Source: a virus
Taxonomy: Duplodnaviria; Caudoviricetes
Length of the DNA: 43,473 nt
Virus record (IMG/VR): IMGVR_UViG_3300046823_000293
Location: 1-43,473 of that record
Strand: one strand, 5' to 3'
Shown: piece after piece, positions 43,002-43,473 of the stretch
Layout of the letters: every line of letters begins with the position of its first letter
How positions within the stretch are numbered: the first letter of the stretch is position 1
The notes under the pieces: generated by a model
Seen by the model: the letters and a program-made list of their open reading frames with translations, nothing else
Told to the model about the DNA's origin: nothing
Database searches by the model: none
Position numbers and translations under genes: made by a program

Positions 43002-43222
43002 CGTTCAACCCGCCCCAACACCGCAAGAGGGGCACGATCCGCCGAACCGACGAGCTTCGTTTCATCGTCCCGCCATTGCTTCAGGGCGGACAGGAGCTCG
43101 TCTCGCTGGGCCTGCAACCGGTCGTATTCGGAGGCGGGGACTACCTCGACCCGATTCGTGGGCGGTCCCTCAACGATTTCGCCGCCGATGGTCCCGCGGG
43201 TAATGAACCAGCGCCTAGCCAC
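42998..43222 (-). CDS. Hypothetical protein (MARRWFIT...)
   Basis: GTG at 43222 after the junction-repeat RBS. Confidence 0.7.
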   Translation of the reverse strand: MARRWFITRGTIGGEIVEGPPTNRVEVVPASEYDRLQAQRDELLSALKQWRDDETKLVGSADRAPLAVLGRVER

Positions 43223-43473
43223 GGTCCGTCTCCTCTGAGGTCGATTCGCAGGCCGCTTTCCACTCGGAACGCATTTGGGGCGGGTAGAGCAGGATCTGGC
43301 CATCGCGGATTATGTAGCGGGCGGTGTCGAAGTAGCAGCTAATTATCGTGACCATTCTGGGATCGCGGCTGCGGATGCGAATGGCGCCATCCTCGGCTGC
43401 GTCGAACAGGATGCCGTAAATCAAGCCAGTCCCTTCGGCCAATGCGTTCTCGATATTCGCGTCTCTATCGCCC
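43215..43473 (-). CDS. 3' part of the origin-spanning protein, carrying allele B of the variable segment
   Basis: Continues the frame from GTG 286; ends TSEETDRG. Confidence 0.75.
   Translation of the reverse strand, partial: GDRDANIENALAEGTGLIYGILFDAAEDGAIRIRSRDPRMVTIISCYFDTARYIIRDGQILLYPPQMRSEWKAACESTSEETDRG

Larger units (their letters stand above)
1..43473. mobile_element. Complete temperate bacteriophage genome (podovirus-type virion module), circular assembly
   Basis: Terminase, portal, capsid, nozzle/ejection, lysis, repressor and integrase genes are all present; the ends overlap; no host housekeeping genes. Confidence 0.95.

Noticed and set aside
43271-43473. Biological direct terminal repeat
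   Set aside because: The exact part is 127 bp (k-mer-like), starts at base 83 rather than 1, and falls mid-gene; better explained as assembly circularisation plus an allelic tip.
1-43473. tRNA genes or a tRNA-derived attP core
   Set aside because: No cloverleaf or T-loop (GGTTCGAATCC-like) motif noticed in intergenic regions by eye; a tRNAscan/ARAGORN run would be decisive.

Overview
The window is an essentially complete, circularly assembled genome of a high-GC temperate tailed phage. Bases 83-209 are identical to the last 127 bases, giving a unit length of about 43,264 bp. Almost all genes are on the minus strand. The early region (about 1-10,250 plus 39,650-43,473) has many small coupled ORFs, an XRE regulator, a DUF6745-type repeat protein, a tyrosine integrase with excisionase, a Fe-S PD-(D/E)XK exonuclease, a Rad52/Sak annealase and RusA. 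A divergent cro/repressor switch sits at about 10,250-10,400, followed by a lysis cassette. The virion module is podovirus-type: TerS, TerL, portal, four paralogous fibre/decoration proteins, scaffold, capsid, adaptor, nozzle and ejection proteins, with no tail tube or tape measure. The host is probably an actinomycete (Thermoleophilia/Solirubrobacterales-like; inference). The most notable unexplained structure is: (1) two divergent alleles of one origin-spanning gene, differing only by transitions plus a 6-nt indel; (2) RBS-containing direct repeats that delimit early gene cassettes, including a 53-bp repeat and a displaced 37-bp copy of a coding tandem array; (3) a 25-bp palindromic operator placed exactly 4 nt before several late start codons; (4) four virion proteins sharing one anchor domain with different cargo; (5) two stem-rich candidate ncRNA regions; (6) a start-less transmembrane peptide in frame after the holin stop; (7) antisense morons encoding a secreted Rpf and a 34-aa membrane peptide. 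All family assignments come from motif recognition by eye, not from database searches.
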